From positions 4,340,001-4,404,000 of the forward strand of contig JBHGNT010000004.1 in NCBI GenBank assembly GCA_043228905.1: a stretch of DNA of 64,000 bases, read 5' to 3'. The DNA is from Azolla caroliniana. Its lineage: Eukaryota; Plantae; Polypodiophyta. Position numbers and translations under genes: made by a program. Positions 1-12,740 of the stretch are shown piece after piece. Under the pieces are notes generated by a model. It did not search any database. It was not told the origin of the DNA and saw only the letters and a program-made list of their open reading frames with translations. Position 1 is the first letter of the stretch. Every line of letters begins with the position of its first letter.

Positions 1-2
1 TC

Positions 3-278
3 GAAGAGCTCGGTATCCGGCAAGGGGAATACCGGCTCTATTGCGACAGTCAAAGTGCCATCCACCTTGCTAAGAACGCAACATATCACTCTAGGACAAA
101 GCATATCCAGCGTAGGTATCACTGGATTCGGGAGCGAGTAGAAGATCGAGAGTTCGCGCTGATGAAGATCCACACGACCGAGAAAGGGTCAGATATGCTG
201 ATCAAAGTGCTGATACCCGACAAGCTGGATGCATGTCGGAAGCGGATCAGACTAGTAACACATCCCATGCCGGAGTGA
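3..278 (+). CDS. 3' end (RNase H) of Ty1/copia pol, runs off the window start
   Basis: Reads EELGIRQGEYRLYCDSQSAIHLAKNATYHSRTKHIQRRYHWIRE...HPMPE*, followed by PPT AGGGGGAG; closely similar to 48583-48856. Confidence 0.9.
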   Translation, partial: EELGIRQGEYRLYCDSQSAIHLAKNATYHSRTKHIQRRYHWIRERVEDREFALMKIHTTEKGSDMLIKVLIPDKLDACRKRIRLVTHPMPE

Positions 279-288
279 AGGGGGAGTT

Positions 289-619
289 GGTTAGGAAACA
301 GATTCCTCCGGATGGGATACGAGTACCCGGCATGGAAGACTTGGTGAGAACCAGATGACGAGTGCCCGGCAAGAGCCGGATGTTGAAGGCCCGGTGAGAA
401 CCGGATGACGAGTGCCCGACAAGAGCCGGATGATGCAGGCCCAATGAGGAGTGCTCATCGGATGAAGGGACATATTCGTAAATATGTTTCTGAGAGTCCA
501 TTGGGGCTATATTTGTAAATAGCCGAAAAGTCATATTAGTATAAATATGACTTAGGGCAAACTTAGTGATAGTTGTTGTCATTCTTGTTGGTGCAAGATT
601 TGAGTGCATAATTGTGTAC

Positions 620-678
<59 letters not shown>

Positions 679-732
679 GAGGTCGTTGCCTCTGTTGTAA
701 CCACCGCCTGTGGCGAAGATTGCAAGCTCGAG
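289..732 (+). mobile_element. Truncated Ty1/copia 3' LTR containing (GA)n
   Basis: Follows the PPT; shares blocks (gaagggacatat..gtaaatatg, aaagtcatattagtataaatatgac, gaggtcgttgcctctg) with LTRs at 2400, 44237 and 48867. Right boundary approximate. Confidence 0.8.
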
Positions 733-1314
733 AGAGAGAGAGCACAGTTGGCAGGAACACCGAGGGAGGAAGAGAGAGAGAACAAAGTCTTAATTACAAA
801 ATCAATCAACGATTACAACCGGCAAGCCGGCCACAGACCCAACTCAGGCGAACACACACACACACGCACACACACACATGATGCTTACGCTCGCACATAG
901 CCCGACTGCACTGTGGAGCCTCTATTGGAAGCACACGGGCTGTCCACGAAGCAGAGGCAACTCAGTCCGAAATCCTGCAGAGAATGACGAACGATGGAGG
1001 AGAGAGCTCGGTCCCAGTTCGACAACCCTTCATCCTCGCTCCTAAAACGTGATCCTTCATCCGCCTTCTTCCTTCCCTTTTATAGGCCGTTGAGGCAGGC
1101 CGTTGCACCCTCGTTTTCATCAATTTATTCTTTGTCCATTTGGATAGAGATACTCTTTGATTTCTTAGACATTCAATGCGTCACATCTAGTCTATTTACA
1201 CCCATCATCCTAATCCTAGTTATGTACAAGGTATTAATTGGCGTGGAAAAGTGTAGAGCCGGTTCATGCGCCCTGCTTCGCCGATTCCTCTTCTGGCCTG
1301 TTTTCTTCACGACA
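733..1314 (-). mobile_element. Partial Ty3/gypsy LTR related to the 55010-55741 LTR
   Basis: Minus strand starts TGTCGTGAAGAAAACAGGCC and contains ggcctataaaagg and accgagctctctcctc as in 55010-55741; outer flank CCGA. Confidence 0.75.
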
Positions 1315-2318
1315 CCGATGCGGGAGACTTTGGCAGTTCAAGCCGTCGAGGCAACATAAGACCAAGGAGAGGGAAGGTGGCGGCGAGGGGACGAAGGTGA
1401 TGGGCAACAACATGGGATGGAAACCGGGATGATGCGAAGGGCACCGACACGGAGGTCGGGGTGACGACACGCTCTACCGAAGAACGAGAGCGCATTCGGA
1501 GGACGACAATGACACATGGGTAGCACTTGCGGAGAGGCAACTGCGGAAAAGAAACCGGAGCTTATAGTTCAGACCGGGGAGGCCAACGCGTGCCAGTAAT
1601 GCGGAGGACCCGGTTAATCACCGACGCCGAAATCTCTCACCCTTTTTCGAACTTGGCACATATCAGTGGACGTGCGGTTTGGTGCGGGCGAATATCGTGA
1701 AGAATTCCGACTATAGTGTGAAACTGGTGTGGAATAGGGCAAGTCGGTGGTGTGCAACATGTGCACATGTATAGTAGGAAACGGTGTATAGAATAAGGGG
1801 GGAGTATTGATCCCACATTCTAACGGTCCTCCCTCCTTGGGCGATAAAAGGAAGGGAGGGGTCTCTTGTATGGGGTTGCCCATTTTGAGTCGTAGGGGTA
1901 TATCATTTTGTGGAGGGTCTCTCTTTTGTTAAGAGTTTCTAGGGTTAGTAACTTTTTTTCTTCTTCTTCTTCTCCTTCTTGGGAAGTTGGGCGTGGTAGC
2001 CATGGCGGCAAGCCCTATCTGGGTTAAGTTCTTCTTCTTGTTCTTCGTGTAGCCGGCTCGAAGCCGGGTTTGTATCTTCCCCTCTGGTAATATATTTATT
2101 TATATCTGTTTGTGAATATTGGTGTCTCTGATGGTGTCGGATGTTTCTACCCCTTTTGTTTTCTATACATAAGAGTCGGCGGCGCGCAAGATCTCTCTCT
2201 CGTGTTCGGTAACCTCTAGTACGTGTCCGGAGTTAGCTTCTCGCCTTCCTTCTCTTCCTAGTCTGAGACCCCCGTGGTCCCGCCCCTTTTGCACACACAT
2301 GCGCGGAAAACCGCGACA
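1315..2318 (+). mobile_element. 3' end of a Trp-family gypsy element with 3' LTR 1693-2318
   Basis: Degenerate pre-PPT motif (ggcacatatcagtggacgtgcgg), LTR starts TATCGTGAAG (TG>TA) and ends CCGCGACA; its 5' part matches the LTR at 6717. Confidence 0.7.
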
Positions 2319-2744
2319 ACGCCAAGATGCAACACGACAATAACAGCTACAATACAAACTCCATGAATCCAGAATTCCTACAACAACAAACTCAAGAAAT
2401 GTTGGGAGACAGGTCCCTCCGGATGGGGAGGGAGAAGAACAGTGCCGACGAACAAACTCGGCTGAGGCCGAAACGGTATGAGGAGTACCCGGCTAGGGAG
2501 AGCCGGATGATACAGGCCCGGTGTGAACCGGATGAGTAGTACCCGGCTACGGAGAGCCGGATGGTGCGGAACCGGTATGAACCGGAGGAAGAGACATATT
2601 CGTAAATATGTTTCTGAGAGCCCATTGTGGCTACATTTGTAAATAGACGAAAAGTCATATTAGTATAAATATGACTTAGGGCAAACTTTTAAGTTGTTGT
2701 CATTCTTCCTTGTTGGTGCAAGAAGAAGAGAGAGCGCGTAATTG

Positions 2745-2790
<46 letters not shown>

Positions 2791-5700
2791 GGTCGTTGCT
2801 TCTGTTGTAACCGCCGCCTGTGGCGAAGATCGTGAGTCCGAGGTCGTTGCCTCCGTGTACTCACTGTTTTGTACATTCATACATAGTGACAGTTTGCAGC
2901 CTGTGGGCTGCCGTGGTTTTTCCCCTAGTTTGGGGTTTTCCACGTTAACCTCCTGTGTACCATTTCTCTTCTTTGTGTCGTGTTCTATTTCCCGTTTTCT
3001 GTGTATGAAAAGAATCTCGGTTGTGGCCGAGTCTTGCGCATAAGGAACGACAAGTTCCCGTCAAGAACATTAGCCCACATCGCCAATCAACCAACTCGGT
3101 TAGGCCCTGTCCAACATTCTGTTACAAGTTAACCATACTAACAAAGCCATGTTGTCATTCCTCTCAGCACGATCAGAGCCACAACAAAATCTCCCGGACC
3201 TGCGAGTTCGCCCAAGACCATTCTCCGGCCTACCATCGGAAGACGCCCTCTCTTGGCTGGATCATTTCGAAATGGTGGCTAGTTACCACCAGTGGCCACA
3301 CCCCCAGAAGGCAATGGAAATGAAGACACTCCTCGAGAATATCGCAACAACATGGCTTGTACAACAATCCGAGGAGACACGCAACGACTAGGATCTGTTA
3401 CGGGCAGCCATGATTCAGATTTTTGCTCATCAAGACTTCTGTCAGACAACCCTACAACAACTCGAGTCAATCACCCAACAACCACACGAACCTATCACCC
3501 AATTCACGGTTCAGTTTGTGCAGATCCTACATCAAGTTGATGCCAACATGTCAGAAGACGTGAAATTGTTTTTCTTCTGGCCACGTATCCGGCACGACCT
3601 CTGCCGTCGTGTACGTGATCAAGGCCCGGAGACACTAACAAAGCCATCCTCACCGCACAACGCATCGAAGCTGCAGACGCACACGACTTGCACACACCAG
3701 GTAATCTCCGACACGATCATACAAACACTACACCAACCGTCACTCTCATGGACATCGACGTCCAGGACACGCAGTTACGCGCCAAATGTGTATTGCTTGA
3801 ACGAGACAACTAGGAATGCCCCAAATGTTTCTACTGCAACAACTATGGCCACATCTGGCGTCACTACCGAAAGTGGCAAAATCAACAATAGAAGCAGAAC
3901 GTCCAATTAGCCGACACGCTACCTCCCTCTCTGAGCTCCCAGAAAACTAATGCAATCACCTTAGGCTCCTCAGAGAGGGAACCGCCCCCGCACGTCCACG
4001 CCTCCACATCATCAACTTCTCCCATTTATACCACAATCAAGCCGCCCTCGCACGTCCACACCTCCATGTCATCAACTTCTCCCGTTTGTACCAGGATCGC
4101 CCGTCTCTAGCACATGACCCAAGAAGTTCTCCTCGACTCCGGCAACATCATCTCTTCCATCAGCGCAAATTTAATCGCCCAATTGCAACTTTGCACGAGC
4201 CACGCACCGCCCATTAAAACCCTCTTCGGCGACCAGCAACGATTGTACCACTCACATACGCAAGTCATGTGCATGGTCATCATTAGTTCCGCCCAGATCT
4301 AACATTGTTTCTACGTCCTCCCGCGCTAGTTGTTCCCAATCAGCTTAGGCTGCGATTGGTTCCTCCATAGTCGAGCTTGTCTCAATTTCTCCTCGCCCGT
4401 CCTCCCCAATCCCCTTCCGATCACGGTCTTCACTAATCCGCGAGATACTACCCACATCAACAAAACACAGTACCTGGTATCACTGACATAGCGCATCCAC
4501 AACATACGACGGTTCCTAGTCATCTTTCCCTCGCTATCTACACCACCTGCAAAGCCTCCCTTAGTCTGCTTTCCGATCCACCACACGATTCCTATAGGCA
4601 ACACCCGCCCCATTAGCGTAGCTCCCCAACGTCGCTCCCCTCTCGACCACGAGTGCATCGACAACGTCGTCAAAACTATGCTACAACAGGGGATTATCAC
4701 ACCTTCCAAGAACGAGTGGATCTTGGAGCCACACATGGTAAAAATAGGGGACGACTCTTACCATTTTTGTGTCGACTTCCGACAACTGAACCATGTTACC
4801 ACCCATGACCGATATCCTCTCCCTCGTGGAAGCAGTCCAAAAATTCCCACACCCAACTACACTCAAGCAGCTTCAACGCTTCCTCGGCCTCCTCACTTTC
4901 TCTCTCTGCTTCATCCCATGGCTAGCCGACCTATCAGCCCCACAACACGCGCTCCTGCAAAAAGATGCACCCTTCCTATGGATCGACACATGCGAATCTA
5001 GCTTCTTGCAGCTCAAGAGAACGCTCCAAGCCTCTGACCTCTTGGCACACCCTAATTTCACGAAGCCTTTCCATCTGCAGACGGATGCCTCCAACGTCGG
5101 CCTTGGTGTGGTCCTGCTCCAATCCGATGACAACGACCAACTACGCTCGATTGCCTACATAAGCCGGTCACTTAAATTACTGGAAAACCGAAAAAGAGTT
5201 GCTCGCCATCGTTTGGGCATTCCATCGTTTCCACCCATACCTACACGGATCAAACACATTGGTTGAAACCGACCATCAGCCATTGCTCTCCCTCATAAAG
5301 AAGGCTCACCCACCCGGTTGCTTACTCCGTTGGGCTTTGGCGTTGTAGGATTACACATTCACTCTGCACTATCGCCGCGGTCCCCAGAACATCGTCACCA
5401 ATGGATTATCCCGCATATCCTTTTAGGCGAACCAAATTGCCTCCAGCACAATCGATTTCCCCATATCCTCATCCCAAATGGCCAACATGCAACTACACGA
5501 CCAAAAGATCCAAGACATCTACCACCGCCTACGAGCCGAGCCCACATCATCCCTCACCAAACAATACATGATCCAGGATAATGTCCTCCTTTTTTCCAAG
5601 TAGGCAAGGAACCCCGGGTCTACGTGCCTGAGCAACTTCACCTGTCTTACCTTCGTTTCTTCCACGATCACCCATTGTTTGGCCACTTGGGTTTTCACAA

Positions 5701-6716
5701 GGTGCTAGACAAAATCCGTTGCAAATTCTATTGGCCGGGGCTACGCCACAAGGTCGCCTCCTACATCAAAGCATGCAACTCATGTCATGCCATCAAATCA
5801 CCTCAAGTGGCTCAAGGCCTCTTACATCCAATACAGGTTCAAGCTCCATTTGAAATCGTCGGATGGGACATTTTGGGTCCCTTTCCCGAGTCAAGGGAAG
5901 GGAACAAATTCATCCTCGTCATAACCGAGTACTTGACACGTTGGGCTATGACGGCCGCTATCCTAGATGCAAAGGCTATGGCCATCGCCACCAAACTGTT
6001 GGAGAAAATCATCTTCCCCCATGGTTGCCCACTCCAAATCTTGTCTAATCGGGGACCCCAGTTCAACTGTGAGCTTCTACGTCTCGTTTCTACACATTTA
6101 GGAATCCAACAATTATTCACGTCACCCTAACATCCGCAGACGAATGGATTGACGGAGCGCCTCAACTGAACCTTAAAACAACAAATCTTGGCCTACATCG
6201 ATCAGCTGCACTCGACCTGGGACCGGATCTTGCCCTTCATTACGCACACCTACAACACAACTATGCAAGCCTCCACCCACATTAACCCCTTCCGGGTCCT
6301 TTACGGCAGGGACCCGCGCTTACCCCAAGAAGTGGCAGTCCCGCAACCAACCACGCCACTCCACTTTGACGTAGTGTCCTGATGGTCCCACCTGCAACAA
6401 CTCTAACGCCTGCTCTACAAAGCCATCACGAGCAACCTGCACCAAGCACAGCTACGCCAAAAATGCCAACACGACGCAGGCCACGCCGACCGTCAATACC
6501 ACCCCACTGACAAAGTCCTCGTTTATTTCCCCATCCGTTGGTGCGGCCTGAGCGAGTCGCTCATGCCCTGATGGATAGGTCCCTTGGAAGTTCAAAAGCT
6601 GATACACAGTTCACTACATACCTGCTCTGGCACGCCTCCAACAACCACTCTACCTTCACCCACCAATCTCGCATGATGCCCTTCCATCAGCTACCACTGC
6701 CCACGCCCACGCCCGT
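2319..6716 (+). pseudogene. Degenerate Ty3/gypsy gag-pol with RT core deleted
   Basis: gag FSGLPSEDALSWLDHFE; protease VLLDSG; RT start FCVDFRQLN..RYPLPR jumping to RNase H FHLQTDASNVGLG; integrase HDHPLFGH..CNSC, GWDILGPFP; many stops and frameshifts. Interrupted by the copia LTR at 2400-3052. Confidence 0.88.
2400..3052 (+). mobile_element. Ty1/copia solo LTR
   Basis: TGTTGGG...AACGACA, homologous to 44237-44795; no PBS or PPT adjacent; no clean TSD. Confidence 0.75.
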
Positions 6717-7499
6717 TGTTGTGAAGATTTTTGGCTTTGGTGTGAAACTGGGATGGAATGGGTAAGTCAACAATGTGCAACATGTGCACATGTATAGTAG
6801 GAAAATGGTGTATAGAATAAGGAGGAGATTTTTTCCCACATTGTAACGTCCCTCCCTCCTTGGGCTATAAAAGGAAGGGAGTGTCTCTTGTGAAGGGGTT
6901 GCCCATTTTGAGTTAGGAGGGTATATCATTAGGTTCAAAGTATGATAGTCCGTCTTCCCTTTATTTTCTTATTGTCTGTCAGGGTTTCTAGGAGGTCTTC
7001 ACCTTCGTCGTTACAAGGGTTTCTTTATGTCATACCCACTTGGGGTTCAGTCTAGTGGAGAGCTCGCATGTACTAGCGGTTTCGTTTCTACCCCGTCCCT
7101 CGTGCAAGACCCCGCTCAGCGCGACGAGCTCGAAAGTGCCCCGATCTGTGGCATGGTGGGAGACGGCCGCTATAGCCTAATCTATCTTAGTCCGGCTTGA
7201 AGTCATTGTTGTATCTTGTTGTCTTGTAAATACACATACATGAGATTGTGCATATCTATGTTTTTGTTGGTGTCGGGTGTGTTTTCGTCTTTCTGTTTTC
7301 TGTACATAATTGGCATGTGTTGAGTCGGTGTTGCGTGTACGCTCCCTCTCTCCTGTTCGGTAGCCTCCGGTACACGTCCGGAATCACCTGGTTTGTGCCA
7401 TAGCCGATGCAGACGGTTCCAGTGAGAGTCGGTCTTCCAGCATCCATCTCTTCCTAGTTCGTGACCCCGATGGTCTTGCCCGATCCAATACAGACATGC
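6717..7499 (+). mobile_element. Gypsy LTR cut off near its 3' end by another LTR
   Basis: Starts TGTTGTGAAG after CCGT; similar to 1693-2318 (tgtgcaacatgtgcacatgtatagtagg, ggggttgcccattttgagt). Confidence 0.75.
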
Positions 7500-7830
7500 T
7501 GTCGTGAAGATTTTCAGCAATGGTGTGAAAACCACATAAAACGTACAAAATCGAGTATGAATCACATAAAACAATAATAGTGAAGATACCATTTTAAATA
7601 AGTTTAATATCTAAGTACAAAATGATGGAGGTCTTCAAGAGCTTTCGAATGCACTTTATTACACGAGAAACGGACAACTAGATATCAAGATATGAGGGTA
7701 TAAAGTTTGTGAAAGGAAAAGAGAAAACTGTGAGATATCCCACATAGGCACGACAAATACGGCTCTCATCATATATAACGTAGAGCAAAAGCTATTATCT
7801 TTGTGTCTATGTGTGAAGAATAGAGATTTC
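7500..7830 (+). mobile_element. Start of another gypsy LTR (right end unknown)
   Basis: Begins TGTCGTGAAGATTTT...GGTGTGAAA like the LTRs at 1693, 6717 and 31973. Confidence 0.5.
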
Positions 7831-7990
7831 AAGGTAACTTGAACTAAGAGCTACTCGTAAATGTTTTGGCCAACCAAAACCGGACCGGCGATGGAGCCGG
7901 TGATCCGCCACCGGTAACTGGCGGCATCCGCCGAACCGACAACTAGATAAATAAATATATAAATATATATACATACATACATATACAAGG

Positions 7991-8060
7991 AGGGCAAGTA
8001 AGGATTCAAACCTTGCACCTCCAAGTTAGGAGTCAATTGGCTTACCACTAAGCCAAGATA
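7991..8060 (-). other. tRNA-derived SINE-like head (Pol III A and B boxes)
   Basis: A box TGGCTTAGTGG (8055-8045), B box GGTTTGAATCC (8012-8002), tRNA-like spacing, then a (TATG)n/(TA)n tail. Confidence 0.5.
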
Positions 8061-8651
8061 TTTAGTTAAAATTATATTTCTATCATCCTACTTTTACATG
8101 TAACTTCTTATACATGAGAGATAAAATGAGTGAGATGGTTATCATGCACCACATGTAATACACGAGCGCCAAATGACAAACATGCATCATATGCATGGGG
8201 GCATCTATAAAAGGATGGATGAAAATGTATTATGGATCCATTTACGAACTAAGAAATTAATGAGAAGAAAATTCATTGATGATATATCTTGTTTCTTAAA
8301 TCAAGAGTTAAAATCTTAATCTCAATATTCAAGACTCGATTTCTTCAACAACTAAAGAAATGTATAGTAAAATGGCATTACACATCAAAAGCATTATCAG
8401 GATGATGGCATCTGATCAAGAGGAAATCTAGCAAATTGCGACTAATTACTATAAAGGCCTTTTAGCTCCAATGTTGACAAATGGCCCTCTGAGTAACATG
8501 ATGCATGATGTATTTGCATGCTTGAAGACCAGGATTGGAGAGGTAGCTAAAACGCAGTTGTCAAAAGCCATAGAGAAGGAAGAGATTGTAGTGGGGCTAG
8601 ATAGGATACATAATATGGCTTGTCCTACTATTGACGACTGTTAACTCTTAG

Positions 8652-10352
8652 GGCCGGACAATGGCCTAACACAGGGTGTCTACGGAAGACACTTCACCAA
8701 AGGGGTGTTACGACAACAGGATTAGACTCAACGATTAATCCGACTTAATTAGGTTACTTAGCATGATCGTCTTTAATAATCACACGCGTAAGATATAACA
8801 ATGAATGCAGAATGACAATTAACACAGAGAGATAACAACACTGAGCTTTATTAATTAACCGTTGTTCATTACATTGTATCCGGGCCTTTAAATAGGTTTC
8901 TGGTCTGTATTACAAAACGGTGCCATCCGCACCTGTTCGGGATCGGTCCGGATCCGGAACGGCATACCGATCCCAATCCGGATCCGGAACGGCATACCGA
9001 TTCCAGTCCGTCCGTCCACACTCATAGCTTACTTACAACCATTCCTACTAATTAAATAACTCCCCGTTTCACACTCTGGACTCCTTTGCCGGTCGGTAAC
9101 ACGTGGCACGCCCGTGGGACAATACCTTGTACGTCGAATCCACAACCGAACCTTGCTATTCTTCGTCCAAAATATCCAGAATGCTTTGTTCGAGAGTCTC
9201 CAATGGTTCATCTTGAATTGGTTGTTGTTGTTGTTGTTGTTGTTGCTCTGTTGATGTTTGCTGCGACGGGTCCGTTGGTGGCTGCTGCGGCTCCTCCTCC
9301 GTTTGTTGCTCTGACACCGACGTCTCCGTCGTTGCTCCCTCCGTCGTAGTGGTCTCCGGTTGACTGGTTCCGGGCTGGCCCTCGGCCGGCGATGGTTCCT
9401 CATCACTAAGGTTAACCGTTGCCGCTTCCCGTGCTTTTTCTTCCCGAACCCGAGACTGCTCATAGCTTTCAAACTGGATTTGAGCGTCCAGCCTATCATC
9501 GTCTAGCTGAGCTACAAATTGCCAGACCTGAGCCAGCTGTTCATCCGCCAGGACTTGGAAGTCGTCGGCCAGCTCGTCTCGTATGGCGGTGAAGTCCTCT
9601 GAAGTCAACGTATAACAATCATCTCCTTCCTTCCGCCGGTTTGCCACGTTTGCCCGTAGCAATTGGAGTTCCGCCGCGTTTTGTGCCCACTTTGTCCACC
9701 ATCTTACGGAGATTTCGTCAATCAAGCGTTTTGTCTGATTCAGCCATGCCCGGAGGATGCACTGAATTCAACCCGTTCCCAATTGCGATTTGATTTCCGC
9801 CGTTGCCGTTCCTCCTTCAGTTGCTTGATGATTTTGACGTTGTCTTCCGCCTGCTCCTTGTAATGCGTCAATTACCTTTGATATGTGCTTTGTAATTTCT
9901 GCAATACCGTTGACGCTCTCTCCTTTTCTTCCTGCTGCTGCCTCTGGAGCTCCATCCGTCTTCTATTTTCCGCACGTTCGTCGGCGATTGCCGTCGTGGC
10001 CCGATCAACTTCCTGCTGGAGCTCGGCCATCCGTTCCTTATGCTCCGTTTCCAACCGTTTGTAGTCCCGGTGCAGGTGCTCAAAATCATCTGTCTTTTGC
10101 TTGAGTCGTGCGTTGATCTGTCGACGGCCCCGGTCCTCGCGGTCCTTTTCAATTTCCGTTTCCACCGTCTTCCGCAACTTGTCCTTTTCCTGCAGCACTT
10201 TGTCTTTTTCCTCTCCTAGCCGGTCGTACGCTTGATGGCTTTCCGGAGGCTCTCCTCTCCCCGGCGGAGGTTCTCAACAGTCTTCTTTAATTCGGCTTTG
10301 GCCGCTGTCTTCAATTCCCATTCACGGCTCCTTAGCGCTTCTTGTGCGGCAA
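8652..10352 (-). mobile_element. 3' fragment (LTR 8652-9101 plus degenerate extra ORF) of a diverged sister of the 32542-44045 element
   Basis: LTR similar to 32542-32948; ORF pieces 9156-9725 and 9872-10198 match the C-terminus of 33001-36000 (WWTKWA.NAAELQLLRA, ILEQSILD/TLEQSILD). Confidence 0.88.
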
Positions 10353-12740
10353 GGCTGTCTTTGGGGTGCCATCGAGAGGAAAGGATACACAGAGAAAGAC
10401 CGAGGACTAATCACGGAAGAAGGCGCTTCCCCTGCTCGCGACAAACGCCCGAGTGCTCCAGACCGGGGGATCGACCTTCTGTGCACTGACGTCACTTTGT
10501 ACCTGGCTATTTGCCAAGCTCCGCGCTCAATCACCGGCTCTGATCCGGCTATAACCACTCACAACATCGTGCACCTGTGTTTTAATAGAACTCGTTCTAC
10601 CTAACATAATTTGTTCTCAGTGTCTTTTTTTTCCTGTGTCTATGTCTACGCATAACTCTCTTACTCTCTCCCATTCACTAAACTTACCCACTCCCCCCGT
10701 GGTCTCAAGACATACGCGATCCCCAAACTCCTCCCTCCTCGCTTTCCTGATTCCTTGGTTCGAGACCCCCGTGGTCCTGCCCAACTGCACGCATCCGCGA
10801 GGATAACCTCGACATAATTTGGTGAAGCCAACGTGAAAAAGGGCGGCAAAGGAATCTGGAGATGAGAGGAAGCGAACTGGCAGAAGCAATGGCGGTGGCG
10901 GTAGACCGCTTGGTTAGTGCTCGCGAGGGCGCGAGTGCCCTCGACCAAGCCATAGAGGCGAGGGTCGGCAAGATAGGCTGGTTGGGCGGAAAGGACGCCA
11001 CGAGTTACTTAGAGGCCTACAAATCTGAAATGCAGATGAGGGACATACCTGAAGATAGACGGCTAGCGGGGTTTCCCCGGGTCGTAACACCACACATCCA
11101 TACAGAGATGGTCGAGATACAAGCGGGCTGTCACGATTGGACGGAGTTCGCAGAGGAAGTTCTCGAGAGGTACAACTATGACGATTCGCTCCGACTATCA
11201 AGAAAGGATTTTATGGACTGGGTCAACAGCCTTGACAAGGGTCAAAATGCTTCGGTGCTCCTCTAGGATTTCGAGTCATGGTTCGCGCGACTCTCTAGAT
11301 TGGACCGAACTGTGCTCGAAACAAGGAAAGTCCTATTTTTCGTGACATCTTTTGATTTGCGCGTCCGGGAAAGTGTGGGTCTTCTTTTGGAAACCAACCG
11401 AGGTCTCACGACCGATTGGGCGACCATCAAGGAAGTATGCAGCAGGATTGACAAACGTCGGGACTGGAAAGAAAAGGGGTTCTCGTCGTTCGGATCGGCT
11501 GTCGAAATCAGGGCCGAACCAACGCCGACTCAAATGGAAGATACGAGGATGTGGCTCGAGCCATGTGCACCCCCGGCTAACATAGTCACGGGGCCTGCAG
11601 GTGGCGCCGGATTAGAAGAACCTCCAGATCGCCCAGGCCCGACGAAGCGACGAAGATTAGCCGCGCGACCGGCGACCACCGGCCAATCAGAGGTGCGTAT
11701 GGTGCGACGTCACCGGACATGCCCAGAGAGAATGCGCTGATTTTGGAGAAGCGCTCAGGAGTAATGTAGTCTACCTTTCAAACGGCAGGGTACATGCGAG
11801 CGACACACGAAGATTGCTCGACACGAATTTCGGACGAGGTGGCATGAAGAGGCTAATGGAACAAGCCGCGGCCCGGCATGTCGAAGCCTTCCACTATTCG
11901 GCTTCGGCCGGCATACGCTGTCGTGCCTTTCGGCTCCGGATCGTTGCGTGAGTCGGGTGGGAACCGCCGAGGTTTTGGACTAGGAGGAGGAAGAATTTGA
12001 GGCTAATCTAGTTATGAATATGAATAGATTATAAGAAAGATATATAGAAACTTGTGAATCCCACAAGTATAATTGTTTTAGTTTATCTAAATCGTAGTAA
12101 TAAATTGAAATAATTTAGAATAGATTAGAGTAGATTGAGAAAAGAGATCAAACCTTGTGAATCCCACAAGTATTACATTAATCAATATTTATGTAAGAAT
12201 ATGAATTTAGATTGAAAGAGATAGATTATCTTAAACTTCGTGAATCCCACGAGTATATTTTATTAATTGGTGTTTTAGGAAATATATCCAATTTCCCAAA
12301 TATTTCACACACTATTACATTGTGCTCTCCATCCTTATGTAGTGATGGGAGAGACTAAGCATAGCTACATGCTTTTTTTTTTTTCTAATATGTTCATGCA
12401 CACTAAATATGCATGTGATGCTTTTCTAATCCTTGCTTTTATTTGCTAAATATAGTGCTCATGCACGCTAGATGTGCACGAGTCACTTTTTAGTTGCTTG
12501 CGTTTTTTTTCTATAAAATATTCACACACTCTAAAAATGCACGATTTACCTTTTAATAAAGGTAGGCGCAAATAAAGCACTTATACTTATTAAATCTATT
12601 TATAAAAGACTAAAGATAAGGTAGTATAATGGTAAAGTTGAGGTTTGGCTATGTGGAGGTACAAGGTTCAAATCTTGCCCTATGCACGTGATAAATATTT
12701 TGATATTTTTATTTTATTTATTTATATGTAATTAAATCGG

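Noticed and set aside
563-900. ORFs rich in ER/LS/HT repeats (also 55906-56697 and 59229-63949)
   Set aside because: Translations of (GA)n and (CA)n microsatellites or array spacers.
2395-3057. TSD for the copia solo LTR
   Set aside because: Flanks AGAAA and AGTTC do not match.
8400-8643. Possible L1 remnant (QLSKAIEKEEIVVGLDRIHNMACPTID)
   Set aside because: Only weak similarity to the pre-RT linker; too short and degenerate to call.
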